A stretch of 34,139 bases of DNA from Candidatus Hodarchaeota archaeon (GCA_016839815.1 JAEOTM010000169.1:1-34139); one strand, 5' to 3'; shown: positions 1 to 10,042, counted from the first letter of the stretch. Program-made: numbers and translations. Notes: generated from the letters alone by a model not told the origin.

Positions 1-120
1 CTATTGTTTACAAAAGGATTTTTTTAAATCTCTTTACACTCTTCACGAGTATTTCACAGCTAAAAATATTAAAGAACGCTCGGCCTTATAAGTCATGCAA
101 TTGAACAAGGCGAACGAGCA

Positions 121-612
121 GTGTCTTTAACGAATGGCAATACTAAACACGACAAAACGATTAAAGGTGTCTTAACAGATATAGTAAACTCAATTGATGG
201 AATATATTCAGGATTCTGTGTTGACAGTGATGGTTTACTGATCGAAGAAGTTAATTTAGCAGGAACTTTAGGGAAGGAAAGTAGTATAATTTTATGCTCA
301 CTCGTTGCTGGAATTCAATCTAATATGGTTGAAATTGGTCATGAAATAGGAAGTTCCCCTTGGATTTCATTCACCTCAGAAAGTAAGGATAATAAGTTAG
401 TTCTTAGTGCAGCAGGTGATATTGCATTCATTGGAGTATTAACGGATCCTTACGTTGATCTGGAACTACTGAAACTGATATTGGGCCCTGGAGTAGATAT
501 GATATTCCAGATTCTTAGCCAAACCCCTCGGAAAAAATCATCAAAAATTAACACACCTGGATATGTAATTTCAAAAAGAGACATTGATGAAATTTTATCC
601 ACAGAGGAATGA
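121..612 (+). CDS. Roadblock/LC7 (MglB-like) domain protein
   Basis: GTG start. Roadblock pattern: helix, then IDGIYSGFCVDSDGLLI (the 'V-D/S-x-D-G-L' hairpin), a helix, three strands and a closing DLELLKL helix, followed by a short C-terminal tail. Confidence 0.8.
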   Translation: MSLTNGNTKHDKTIKGVLTDIVNSIDGIYSGFCVDSDGLLIEEVNLAGTLGKESSIILCSLVAGIQSNMVEIGHEIGSSPWISFTSESKDNKLVLSAAGDIAFIGVLTDPYVDLELLKLILGPGVDMIFQILSQTPRKKSSKINTPGYVISKRDIDEILSTEE

Positions 613-618
613 CAGGTA

Positions 619-918
619 TTGGACAAACCTACTGTACGTGACTCACGTATTCCCTGTCAGAATTGTAAAAAGGGTACTTTATATTGGAATCCAGAAGAGA
701 AATTATATGTCTGTACCGAGTGTGGGGTACAAGAAGCGGCATTAAAAACATGGATTGATGCCGCTCAGCATCGACAAAAGAAAAAACAGCGCAAGAGAGA
801 AAAAGACCGACAGTGGGCATTAAACATTTTAGGTGTAAAAGATAATCTGAAAAAACCAAGAAAATCTAAAAAAGAAGAGGAATGGGCAGATATCATAGAC
901 AAAGTAAAGGAAAAATAA
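619..918 (+). CDS. Small zinc-ribbon protein with basic/charged helical C-terminus
   Basis: CQNC-x15-CTECG resembles a TFIIB-type zinc ribbon. The tail is Lys/Arg-rich. TTG start, 6 bp after the upstream stop. Confidence 0.65.
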   Translation: MDKPTVRDSRIPCQNCKKGTLYWNPEEKLYVCTECGVQEAALKTWIDAAQHRQKKKQRKREKDRQWALNILGVKDNLKKPRKSKKEEEWADIIDKVKEK

Positions 919-955
919 GGAAACACAGTGTTTAGACTTATTATCTCATTTCAAA

Positions 956-2284
956 TTGGTAAAAAGTATGAAAAATCTACAGGATTCATCGGCCTATAGT
1001 GTACAATTCTTTCTTGCGCATATCATATTCGATGAAGAACATGGTCCAATGCTTAAATCATTCATGGCTGATCATATTGAAATTCCAAAGATAATTCTTC
1101 AAGGAGTTACAACAACTCTCTTTACAATGGCAGTTGGTGTAGGAGAACCAACAGGTGAACCAGATACGGCCATTATCCCTATAAATGTAACTGGAATACA
1201 AGGTAGAGTGTTAATTCATTCATTTTCAATAGATGATCCCTCTGCTCGCGGAAAAAACAGAATTGAAAGTTTTATGTTGTTCATTCCTCGGTCTCATCAA
1301 GATAAATTGTTACAGCATTCCTATGCGTTCACAAATATCCTTCAAAATGCAATTCATGATATTCAGGTACATAATGCTGATGAAGACGGTCAATTTGACC
1401 TAGATGATGTCTTTACAAATATTAAAAAAATACTTCTGACAAGAATAGACAATATTGTCCAAGATAGAATCAGTGCAATTTGTACAGATAAAGAAACCGT
1501 TATTGTTTCTGATGGTACAATTCGTGCCATCCATAATATCGTGCTAACACCTGAAATTATCTCTCTTGTTAATAAAATCCCTTTTTTATTAAAAAATTAT
1601 GGTGAGGAACTCAAAAAGTATGGAACTTTTTTTGATGCACTGCCCATTGAAATCCATGGAAAAACATCAAGTAAACAACAATTTTACTTAATAGCCATTG
1701 AAAACAATTTTATTTTGGCATTTAGTTCCGGAAAGGGACGACTGGGTAGTTTATTTCGTAGTTTTCGTGAGATTTTATGGGATCTTGATATTCTCGATTC
1801 ACAACGAGCAGCTCTGAGTATCCCCTCCTCGATCACACATTATGAAGATAAAACAAGTAGTTTTACTGATAATCAATTTCTGAATCTTAGTTATGATATT
1901 CTAAAGAATTTTTCTCCGATTATATCCAATGCATCTCTATTGAGATGTGCATGTGATTTATCGAAGATTGAATCAATAAGACTTAGTGATGGTAATGCAG
2001 GTAAAAAACATGCCTATATCTGTGCGATCTTCTCAATAATTCATGAGGTTTGTGAGCGATTATTTCGAACCTCTCTTATCGAACTTGTTCTTTCCCAACA
2101 TGGCTTTAATTCAATAGCATTAAAGTGGGCAGTAAGTAGTTCCAAAGATACAGCATTATTTATGGTTGGTGACTCAATTCGTGGTGTGGGATTATTGAAA
2201 CTCGTCGGTGACCAAATTCTGGAGCATAAAATTGAATCTGGCCCTCCTTCGAATGAAGTACGATTAAAACCGATAAGTGAATAA
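956..2284 (+). CDS. Folliculin/SMCR8-like longin (uDENN) domain fused to two roadblock-like domains
   Basis: N-terminal FLAHIIFDEEHGP and HSFSIDDPSARGKNRIESF resemble the FLCN/SMCR8 motifs (FCELHGP; FFIKDSLARGFQRWYS). Two C-terminal alpha/beta units end in roadblock-like GRLGSLF and GVGLLKL helices. The likely start is ATG at 968. Confidence 0.65.
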   Translation: MVKSMKNLQDSSAYSVQFFLAHIIFDEEHGPMLKSFMADHIEIPKIILQGVTTTLFTMAVGVGEPTGEPDTAIIPINVTGIQGRVLIHSFSIDDPSARGKNRIESFMLFIPRSHQDKLLQHSYAFTNILQNAIHDIQVHNADEDGQFDLDDVFTNIKKILLTRIDNIVQDRISAICTDKETVIVSDGTIRAIHNIVLTPEIISLVNKIPFLLKNYGEELKKYGTFFDALPIEIHGKTSSKQQFYLIAIENNFILAFSSGKGRLGSLFRSFREILWDLDILDSQRAALSIPSSITHYEDKTSSFTDNQFLNLSYDILKNFSPIISNASLLRCACDLSKIESIRLSDGNAGKKHAYICAIFSIIHEVCERLFRTSLIELVLSQHGFNSIALKWAVSSSKDTALFMVGDSIRGVGLLKLVGDQILEHKIESGPPSNEVRLKPISE

Positions 2285-2286
2285 AA

Positions 2287-3669
2287 ATGGAACTAACTGT
2301 GGATCTGCATGCTCATTCAGTGTTTGCAGGTGGGACTCAAGCACTAAAATTAACACCTGAAAAGTTTATTGAAAACAAAAAAAAAGCTGTAATCCACCTT
2401 GAAAAGACCAATGAAACAATGCCATTAAAGGGGATCGAATTAATTGGAACAGGGGATTGTCAATTCACCATTTGGACTGAAATCCTAAAAGAAGTGTTCG
2501 TTGAAGATTCTCCTGGAATCTACTTTCTCGAAGGAAATTTCAATACACGTTTCATTTTACAAACTGAAGTTATTTTCACTCTCCCTATCCAAAAGAAATC
2601 AAAAATAGCGCATATTGTGTTCCTTTTTCCAAATTTCACCAGTGTAGAATCATTCAGAGATTTATTAGATCTATGGGAAGTAAAGCACGAAAAGATGGCT
2701 AGACCTTTCATAAAGTGTGATTCGAAAGAACAGGTGTCTAAACGGATTTATCAAATACTTGATATTGATCCATTGATTGAAGCTATACCTGCTCATATTA
2801 TGACTCCTCAAGGAGTTTTTGGCTCTAATATAAAATTGACACGGTTATCTGATTTTTTTGGTTCTGTTGCAGAACGAATACAAATCCTAGAAACTGGTCT
2901 ATCAGCTGATCCTCAATTCCTAGGATTAATTCCCGAACTTGATAATAAAACCCTCATTTCAAATTCTGATGCACACTCGAGTGCTTTACATCGAATGGGA
3001 CGAGAGTTCACTGTATTGAATGTTTCAAAAGTTCAGTACTCTAATATTATTCGAAGCTTGCGCACCAATAAAGTCGCCTACACTGTTGAATTTCCCCCTG
3101 AAGAGGGTAGGTTTTTTTTGACGGGCCATCGTCGAAGTAGAAAAAAACCAGGTTTACATGATGATTCTCAATATTGTTATTTCTCTCCTCAGCATGTTCC
3201 CAAAGGAGACATCTGTCCAATATGTCATAAGAACCTAACTATTGGTGTTTTTCAGAGATGCTATGAAATAAGTAAAGCTCAAGGAGAGGAGAGAGACCTT
3301 GACTGTGTCAAACCATACCAAAAATTCATTCGTATGGTTCCTCTCATTGAAATTCTCTCTAATGCACGAAAAGTAAAAACAAAAACAGCTAAATCATTAA
3401 TTAGAGATTATAAACAAATAGTTTCTTTGATCGGTCCTGAAAACATACTCTGGAAACTTTCCCTGGAAGAGATGGAAAGTAAACTCTCTGGGAATATAGA
3501 TGAAACTATATTAAATGCTCTCAGAATTGTGAAAAGAGGGAAATTTACCTTCTACCCCTATGGTTATGATGGGGAATATGGTACATTAAAATTAGGAGAA
3601 AGAGGTAATTTTCAAGATATAAATGTCATAAAGTCGTCTACACCACTGCAACAGACACTGTTTACGTGA
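2287..3669 (+). CDS. endoQ: Endonuclease Q-like PHP-domain protein (TIGR00375 family)
   Basis: Motifs DLHAHS, GTGD, PAHI, ETGLSAD, SNSDAHS and GRE, a zinc-binding CPIC..IGVFQR segment, and C-terminal GYDGEYG. Confidence 0.8.
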   Translation: MELTVDLHAHSVFAGGTQALKLTPEKFIENKKKAVIHLEKTNETMPLKGIELIGTGDCQFTIWTEILKEVFVEDSPGIYFLEGNFNTRFILQTEVIFTLPIQKKSKIAHIVFLFPNFTSVESFRDLLDLWEVKHEKMARPFIKCDSKEQVSKRIYQILDIDPLIEAIPAHIMTPQGVFGSNIKLTRLSDFFGSVAERIQILETGLSADPQFLGLIPELDNKTLISNSDAHSSALHRMGREFTVLNVSKVQYSNIIRSLRTNKVAYTVEFPPEEGRFFLTGHRRSRKKPGLHDDSQYCYFSPQHVPKGDICPICHKNLTIGVFQRCYEISKAQGEERDLDCVKPYQKFIRMVPLIEILSNARKVKTKTAKSLIRDYKQIVSLIGPENILWKLSLEEMESKLSGNIDETILNALRIVKRGKFTFYPYGYDGEYGTLKLGERGNFQDINVIKSSTPLQQTLFT

Positions 3670-3729
3670 AAATTCTCATAAAGGTTAACATTCTAAGAGG
3701 TAATAAATAACCCCAATAGGAAATATCTT

Positions 3730-4986
3730 ATGGTATCTGTTCCAGCAACTCAAGAGGAGTGCTTACGATGCAAAGGAGGTAAGATGTTATGTGGCTTAAC
3801 ATTCTGTCCAATTGTTTTACGCTCACAGGCATTAATCCCACTGAGAAAAGCTATTCCTAAACTTAAAAATAATTATTATGGACCAAGTCCACCTAGTGTT
3901 TTTGTAGGACGATATGGATATCCTAAAGTGCGATTAGGTCCAATGGCTACTCTTGGATCAGATATTGTAGGTATCGTGGATGAACCTGACCTTTGGAAGA
4001 CAAATATGTCAATGGCAGATATTGTGGGCTTTCGTGCCAAACTTCTACGTTTTATTGCCTCCCCAATAGATGTTGCAAACGCCTCAAATCCCTCTCGATT
4101 AATTGAAATTACCCAAGATCAAGTACAATCTTCGACTCCTGTCGATTTAGAAATTAAATTCGAGAAACAACCCCGTATTGGTATGAGTTTTAGTCGGTTC
4201 AATCAACCAATGGGTGCTCACGTTCAAGTCTCGTCAGTTCAGCTAGCTTCCACCCCCAAAATTGAGTATCGTACTGATAAAGTTGTTTCTGATACAGATA
4301 TGTATTCCAATGAAGCAATTTCACAATTGTATGAAGGAAAACATACTGTAACTCAAATCACTCGTCTATTTTCCTCTGGATTATTGGGTTTAACAAAAAA
4401 TCGACGTTTCGTACCAACACGATGGAGTATAACAGCAGTTGATGACATTATAGGGAATCAGTTGAAAGAGCAGATACGTGATTTTTCAGAGGTTTCAACA
4501 TTTTTAGTCTTTCATAATAGCTATCTAGATAATGATTTTTGGATTCTATTTATACCAAAACACGAGTGGTTCTTTAACTACCATGAAGCATGGAAACAGA
4601 AGAGCGCTTGGAATTTACAGGGAAAAGAACCAACAATTCTAACCGATATTGAGGGACCAAAGGGAAGAACAACCTATGCGTCTAATACAGTAGGAGGTTA
4701 TTATGCAGCTCGCTTAGCAGTTCAGGAAAAGCTGGTACAAATGCGTCGAAAGGCAGCTGTTCTTGCTTTTCGGGAAGTTGGTGATGGATATGCTATACCT
4801 TTGGGTGTATGGCAAGTACGAGAAAATATGCGTCAAGCCCTCAATCAAGAACCAAAGTCTTTTTCCTCCCAAGAATCAGCATTAAATTTCATTTCCAAGA
4901 ACTTATCTATTCCGATGAGCTTTTATCGACGGAGAAGTCCTCTTCTGAACAGAACAACATTGGATAAATTTCTAAGCCCAAAATAA
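3730..4986 (+). CDS. nreA: Nre family archaeal DNA repair protein
   Basis: N-terminal CxxCKG..LCG..CP, SPPSVFVGRYGYPKV, VPTRWSITAVD, GGYYAARL, PLGVWQVRE and a C-terminal PIP-like RTTLDKFL. Confidence 0.9.
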   Translation: MVSVPATQEECLRCKGGKMLCGLTFCPIVLRSQALIPLRKAIPKLKNNYYGPSPPSVFVGRYGYPKVRLGPMATLGSDIVGIVDEPDLWKTNMSMADIVGFRAKLLRFIASPIDVANASNPSRLIEITQDQVQSSTPVDLEIKFEKQPRIGMSFSRFNQPMGAHVQVSSVQLASTPKIEYRTDKVVSDTDMYSNEAISQLYEGKHTVTQITRLFSSGLLGLTKNRRFVPTRWSITAVDDIIGNQLKEQIRDFSEVSTFLVFHNSYLDNDFWILFIPKHEWFFNYHEAWKQKSAWNLQGKEPTILTDIEGPKGRTTYASNTVGGYYAARLAVQEKLVQMRRKAAVLAFREVGDGYAIPLGVWQVRENMRQALNQEPKSFSSQESALNFISKNLSIPMSFYRRRSPLLNRTTLDKFLSPK

Positions 4987-5110
4987 GAAGAAGGGGTAAA
5001 TTCTAGCTTTCCATAAAAGTAATATTTAACAATTAGAGGACAATAAGGGAGATTAAGAGATATTAGTCTAGAGTATCTGCCTATCGCCTCCTACTTCTAA
5101 TTTCTTAGAG

Positions 5111-5479
5111 ATGAAGTTAAAAATGGTTTATCGGGAATCAATTACTTCTGCAATCACTCGCTACTTCTTGTTTAATGGGATGTTTCGTGAGGGAGAGGAA
5201 ATTATGACCTTTGAATATGCAGATTCGAATCTTGTTGAAGTAGAAGAATCTTTAGAAAAGGAATTTACAGGAACTGCAAGGAAATTTACCGTCGATCTTG
5301 ATAATTTTGATGAAGAGAATAATTATGCAGAGATCCTTGTAGGATTTACAGTTTGGCCTTACGAAGATGATGATTCAGAAATTGTTCTGATAGTTAATTC
5401 AATTCACGATGAACTTGAGAAAGTTGGCTTTGTCGAAGATGATAGATATTACGTCGGTGATGGGCCTGATATCCGTTAA
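5111..5479 (+). CDS. Small acidic hypothetical protein
   Basis: Very Asp/Glu-rich ORF. The true start is probably ATG at 5204, which follows GAGGGAGAGG. Confidence 0.55.
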   Translation: MKLKMVYRESITSAITRYFLFNGMFREGEEIMTFEYADSNLVEVEESLEKEFTGTARKFTVDLDNFDEENNYAEILVGFTVWPYEDDDSEIVLIVNSIHDELEKVGFVEDDRYYVGDGPDIR

Positions 5480-5531
5480 AATTTACACTTTTCACAAATC
5501 TAAACCTGATTTAGCTCCCAGCTACTGAGTA

Positions 5532-6485
5532 TTAACTCCACGATTGATGAAAATCCTGAATTTGTTTACCATAGATTCTTCGAAAAGTATGATGAACAGA
5601 TTGAGGGGGAACTAAACCTGCTTCAGTAATATAGGCTGAAATATTACGACGGTCAATCGTTTCAAACGCAGGATTGAGAACAGTGATTCCCTCAGGACAA
5701 TCTTTATCCCAGATTTCTGTGGGAGACCGCATTTCAATTTCACTTAAACGTCCAATACTGGTGGCTTGGTCGTATTTCAGTAATGATGTACAAATGTATA
5801 AAGGAATGTGCTCCTCTTCAGATGCTAAGGCACATAATCGTGATCCAATCTTATTAAGCGCTACTCCTTCCACTGTAATAGCATCTGCTCCTAAAAAGAT
5901 CATATGAGGATTAAATGAGTTCATAGCCCATCGCATTGCGGAGTCTACAACATGTGTGACCCGAATATTATGTTCAGCTAGGATCCTTGCTGTTTTTCGA
6001 CCTTGGAAGAGGGGTCTTGTTTCAGTATTTATTACGTCAAAATCTTTACCTTGTTTGGCAGCTTCTAAAAAAATTCCAACACTAATAGATGAATGACAAT
6101 GGGTTAAAACTCTGGAACCATCTTGAATTCGTTCTGCTCCGATTTTAAAGATCCTTTTTTTTGCATCATCGATTAATTTAAGGTAATTTCTCCCAATTTC
6201 AGAAGCCGCTTCTTTACTTTCACGGCGTATTCCAGTCATTACATATCTTAGACCATTTCTTAAGGCAGGTTCTGTTACTCTAACAAAGCTTAATTCTTCA
6301 ACAAGTGATTCAAGATGTGAAAATAATTCTTCATCTTCTAAAGGAACTGTTTCTGCATGTTTAGCAAACGCTTCCACCCCAAAAATTGCTACATTTGTTG
6401 CTCCTTGGATCTTAAGCGATTTTATATCATCCATCGTTTGTCGCAGCTGTTTATATTCTGCGGTTTCGTGAGTATGAGTAGTCAT
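5532..6485 (-). CDS. Ribose-1,5-bisphosphate isomerase (eIF-2B alpha/beta/delta family)
   Basis: IQGA, RVTEPALRN, THCHS (catalytic Cys), ETRP, GAD (catalytic Asp), NKIGS and NPAF motifs. Confidence 0.85.
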   Translation of the reverse strand: MTTHTHETAEYKQLRQTMDDIKSLKIQGATNVAIFGVEAFAKHAETVPLEDEELFSHLESLVEELSFVRVTEPALRNGLRYVMTGIRRESKEAASEIGRNYLKLIDDAKKRIFKIGAERIQDGSRVLTHCHSSISVGIFLEAAKQGKDFDVINTETRPLFQGRKTARILAEHNIRVTHVVDSAMRWAMNSFNPHMIFLGADAITVEGVALNKIGSRLCALASEEEHIPLYICTSLLKYDQATSIGRLSEIEMRSPTEIWDKDCPEGITVLNPAFETIDRRNISAYITEAGLVPPQSVHHTFRRIYGKQIQDFHQSWS

Positions 6486-6682
6486 TCATGATTCATCTCA
6501 ATAATTCTGAAATTTTTACTAGGTATGCTTTTAAAAATTTAATTATGCTTAGATATTGAATATATTGGTGGTTATCCCATAGGTTTTTGTACGAAGAAGA
6601 CTATCACTAATTATATAATATTGATAATAACAAAAAGAATCTACAATAGATGATGCTATTTTACCTTGAATTATGAAGATTA

Positions 6683-7639
6683 TTGAAGATTTGTGAAGAG
6701 ATTATGTCAAGTATCCTCAGAAGAATATTCAAAGGGAAAGATCAACAACATCAAATAGTCATAATTGGTCTTGATAGTGCAGGTAAAACTACTATTGTAA
6801 ATCGGCTTTTACGATCTGAATTTATCCCTACAACAAGAACATTAGGTGTAAACTATCGAACTGTCAAATATCGGCAGATTATGTTCAGTCTGATAGATCT
6901 GGGAGGACAAGAGATCTATAGAAATTTACTCTGGCAACCCTCACTAGAGAAAGCTGATGCTATTGTATTCGTTTTAGATAGTGCTGATCTTAGGATTTCC
7001 GAAGCTTCCAAGGCGTTCTGGGAATCTATCCAACAAAATGAAAACGCACCAGTTTTGTTTATCGCAAATAAAATAGACCTTCCTGGTGCCCGAACATTTG
7101 ATACAATCGTACAAGATTTAGATTTAACACGCGCTACTCGATCATCTCGACCAGTTGGTCTCTTTAGAATCTCAGCAAAAACAGGTGAGAATTTTTACGA
7201 CGCATTTGATTGGTTAGCAGATGTTGTAGTAGGTTCTGAGTCCGTTTTTAAATGTAAACTGAGAACTGTCATTTTAATCGATTTAGATTCTCACAAAATC
7301 TGGACTACTAAGTTTTCTTCTCTTAAAAATGAAATATTGGATGAATTCAATAGAAGTATTTCTGAAACAATGCACGAGCTAATGAAAGAACCTGCAGGGA
7401 TGGAGGTTATAATTGCATCCGACCTACAATTAGTTGTAGTAAAGAATCACCCGTTGGTTGTGGGGCTAATCATAGGATACTCGGATTCGGTTGTTCGATC
7501 GAAATTGATCGCAGAACGTTTAATGAATACAGCAAGCTCATCTATTGAAATTGGTGAGTTTAGTTCAGATGTTTTAACTAAGCTTCTTAAACGTCAATGG
7601 CCTTTAGATATCTATAAGTCTAAACCCCGAAGCGACTAA
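6683..7639 (+). CDS. Arf-family small GTPase with C-terminal longin-like domain
   Basis: G1 GLDSAGKT, G3 DLGGQ, G4 NKID and G5 SAK. The likely start is ATG at 6704, giving an amphipathic N-terminus (MSSILRRIFKG). There is a C-terminal alpha/beta extension of about 130 aa. Confidence 0.85.
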   Translation: MKICEEIMSSILRRIFKGKDQQHQIVIIGLDSAGKTTIVNRLLRSEFIPTTRTLGVNYRTVKYRQIMFSLIDLGGQEIYRNLLWQPSLEKADAIVFVLDSADLRISEASKAFWESIQQNENAPVLFIANKIDLPGARTFDTIVQDLDLTRATRSSRPVGLFRISAKTGENFYDAFDWLADVVVGSESVFKCKLRTVILIDLDSHKIWTTKFSSLKNEILDEFNRSISETMHELMKEPAGMEVIIASDLQLVVVKNHPLVVGLIIGYSDSVVRSKLIAERLMNTASSSIEIGEFSSDVLTKLLKRQWPLDIYKSKPRSD

Positions 7640-7668
7640 ACAGTAAGTTAAGAAAGTAATCAGGAAAT

Positions 7669-9975
7669 TTATAGATATCCTCTAATATCTAAAATATCCT
7701 TACGAGCAATTTCAGACTTACCCAGCAATTTCTTTTCGAGTTCTTCAAATTCTTTGACAATTTTCTCATTTGCACTAGGATGGATCCCGCGCTTGGCTTC
7801 TGTGAAATGTTTCTTAGTGATTTCCTGAACTTCCAGATCTTCCCTTAAAGCAATCATAACAGCTTCGCGGCATATAGCAGCAATATCAGCACCAACATAT
7901 CCCGTTAGATCCGTTGCAAAAGAATCAAGGTCGACATCTTTGGCTAAATTCATACCTTTCGTATGAATAGCGAAAATTTTTCTCCGACTTTCAATATCAG
8001 GAGGGGGAACGAGTAATAAACGATCAAATCTCCCAGGACGTAAAAGTGCGGGGTCTACCATATCAGGTCGATTACTAGCAGCTAACACCACTACATCCTG
8101 TAGACTCTCTAATCCATCTAATAATGAAAGGATTTGGTTTACTACACTTTCCATAACATGACTTCCCCCACTAAGAGCTCCTCTTCGTGGAGCAATCGCA
8201 TCAAGTTCATCTAAAAATATAATTGAAGGTGAAGCCTGCTTAGCTTTGCGGAATACTTCACGCACAGCTTTTTCACTTTCTCCAACCCATTTAGAAAGTA
8301 ATTCAGGACCTCGGATGGCAATAAAATTCGCCTGACTCTCTGTAGCGACAGCTTTCGCTAAAAGTGTCTTTCCAGTCCCAGGAGGGCCATAAAGAAGTAT
8401 ACCATGAGGGGGGTTGACTCCATGTTTGTTAAAGATTTCGGGATGATTAATAGGCCATTCTACTGCTTCTATCAATTGTTGTTTGACACTCTCCAGTCCC
8501 CCAACATCATCCCAATGAGTATTTGGAATTTCAAGTAGAACTTCTCTCATTGCGGAGGGTTCGGTAATTTTTAACGCTTCATCAAAATTTTCTTTGGATA
8601 CAACAAGAATGGAGAGAATTTCTGGTGTTAAAGGTTTATCGAAATCAATCTGAGGCAATATCTTTCGAAGAGTATGCATTGCTGCCTCTTTAGTAAGAGC
8701 AGCAATATCGGCACCAACAAAACCATGTGTTTTTGCTGCATATTCTTTTAAATCAACGTCTTGTGTAATAGGCATTCCCCGTGTATGAACAAGTAACACT
8801 TCATATCTTCCATGTCGATCAGGAACCCCGATTTCAATTTCTCTATCGAATCTTCCTGGTCTGCGTAATGCAGGATCTAATGCATTCGGGCGATTAGTAG
8901 CTCCGATTACAATAACTTTTCCTCTACTTTTCAAACCGTCCATAAGAGCAAGTAATTGAGCCACGACTCGTCGTTCTACTTCTCCAGTAACTTCCTCACG
9001 CTTAACGGCAATAGAATCGAGTTCATCTATGAAAATTATACTAGGTGCATCTTTTTCCGCCTGTTGGAATATCTCTCTAATTCGTTGTTCACTTTCTCCA
9101 TAGAATTTTGACATAATTTCGGGTCCAGCAATAGAAACGAAGTTAACGCCCGATTCATTGGCAACTGCTTTTGCTAACAAGGTTTTACCAGTTCCAGGAG
9201 GTCCATGAAGTAAGACACCTTTCGGAGGATCAATTCCCAATCTCTGGAATAACTCGGGATGCTTCATAGGAAGTTCAATCATTTCCCGAACACGCTTAAT
9301 TTCTTCCGAAAGTCCACCAATATCTTCATACGTTACTCTCGGTAACATTCGCAGATCCTTAGGAGCTTCTTCTATAATTTTAACCTCTGTACCCTCCCCA
9401 ATAATTATTATACCTTCAGGATCAGTGGCGACAACAACTACTTTGATTTCACCTAAACTAACTGGACTACTAGTGGTATTAAAAAATCTAGATATGAAAT
9501 CATCCATTCCAGCTCCAGTAGATGCACCTGTGGGAGGGATCTTTCGAATCTGCCCTGTTATGACCAATAAATCTCCCCGGGATATAGGACGATTTTGAAG
9601 ACGTTCTCTAATTATTTCTGATCGTACTAATAATCTTATTCTCTCTTCTGCGGGTGCTATCGTAATCCTTTTAGCAACTCGTTTTTCAATTGGTTTGACT
9701 GTGATTGTTTCACCCAGACTGGTTCCTACATTTCCTCGAATTAATCCATCCATTCTGATAATTCTTTTACCCCTATCTTCTCGTCTACCCGGGATAACTA
9801 ATGCTCCAGTCCTGCGCGCTCCAGCTCTTTCACTGGAAAGTTCAACAATATCACCAGTTTCTAAACCAAATTCACGCATGATTGCATAATCTATACGTAC
9901 CAATCCGCGTCCAACATCACTCTGATTAGCTTCCACTACTTTCAATGTCAGAGCCTTGCTATTATTATTTGACAT
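7669..9975 (-). CDS. cdc48: CDC48/VCP/p97 AAA+ ATPase
   Basis: N domain ([10 protein letters not shown]) and two AAA modules, each with GPPGTGKT, a Walker B motif (IIFIDE; IIFLDE) and an SRH ([10 protein letters not shown]; [10 protein letters not shown]). Confidence 0.97.
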   Translation of the reverse strand: MSNNNSKALTLKVVEANQSDVGRGLVRIDYAIMREFGLETGDIVELSSERAGARRTGALVIPGRREDRGKRIIRMDGLIRGNVGTSLGETITVKPIEKRVAKRITIAPAEERIRLLVRSEIIRERLQNRPISRGDLLVITGQIRKIPPTGASTGAGMDDFISRFFNTTSSPVSLGEIKVVVVATDPEGIIIIGEGTEVKIIEEAPKDLRMLPRVTYEDIGGLSEEIKRVREMIELPMKHPELFQRLGIDPPKGVLLHGPPGTGKTLLAKAVANESGVNFVSIAGPEIMSKFYGESEQRIREIFQQAEKDAPSIIFIDELDSIAVKREEVTGEVERRVVAQLLALMDGLKSRGKVIVIGATNRPNALDPALRRPGRFDREIEIGVPDRHGRYEVLLVHTRGMPITQDVDLKEYAAKTHGFVGADIAALTKEAAMHTLRKILPQIDFDKPLTPEILSILVVSKENFDEALKITEPSAMREVLLEIPNTHWDDVGGLESVKQQLIEAVEWPINHPEIFNKHGVNPPHGILLYGPPGTGKTLLAKAVATESQANFIAIRGPELLSKWVGESEKAVREVFRKAKQASPSIIFLDELDAIAPRRGALSGGSHVMESVVNQILSLLDGLESLQDVVVLAASNRPDMVDPALLRPGRFDRLLLVPPPDIESRRKIFAIHTKGMNLAKDVDLDSFATDLTGYVGADIAAICREAVMIALREDLEVQEITKKHFTEAKRGIHPSANEKIVKEFEELEKKLLGKSEIARKDILDIRGYL

Positions 9976-10030
9976 TTAGTACCCTCATGCCTGTACGGAC
10001 AATTTTCTGTGAGGAGTAAAGTCTGAGATC

Positions 10031-10042
10031 CTTTATATATTT
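10031..10042 (-). promoter_or_regulatory. Putative TATA box for cdc48
   Basis: TATATAAA on the minus strand about 55-65 bp upstream of the cdc48 ATG. An SD-like GAGGGT lies just before the start. Confidence 0.35.

Noticed and set aside
9460-9550. Low-complexity insertion in the Cdc48 N domain ([19 protein letters not shown])
   Set aside because: Variable insertions at this position are common in archaeal Cdc48 proteins, and it has no intein features.
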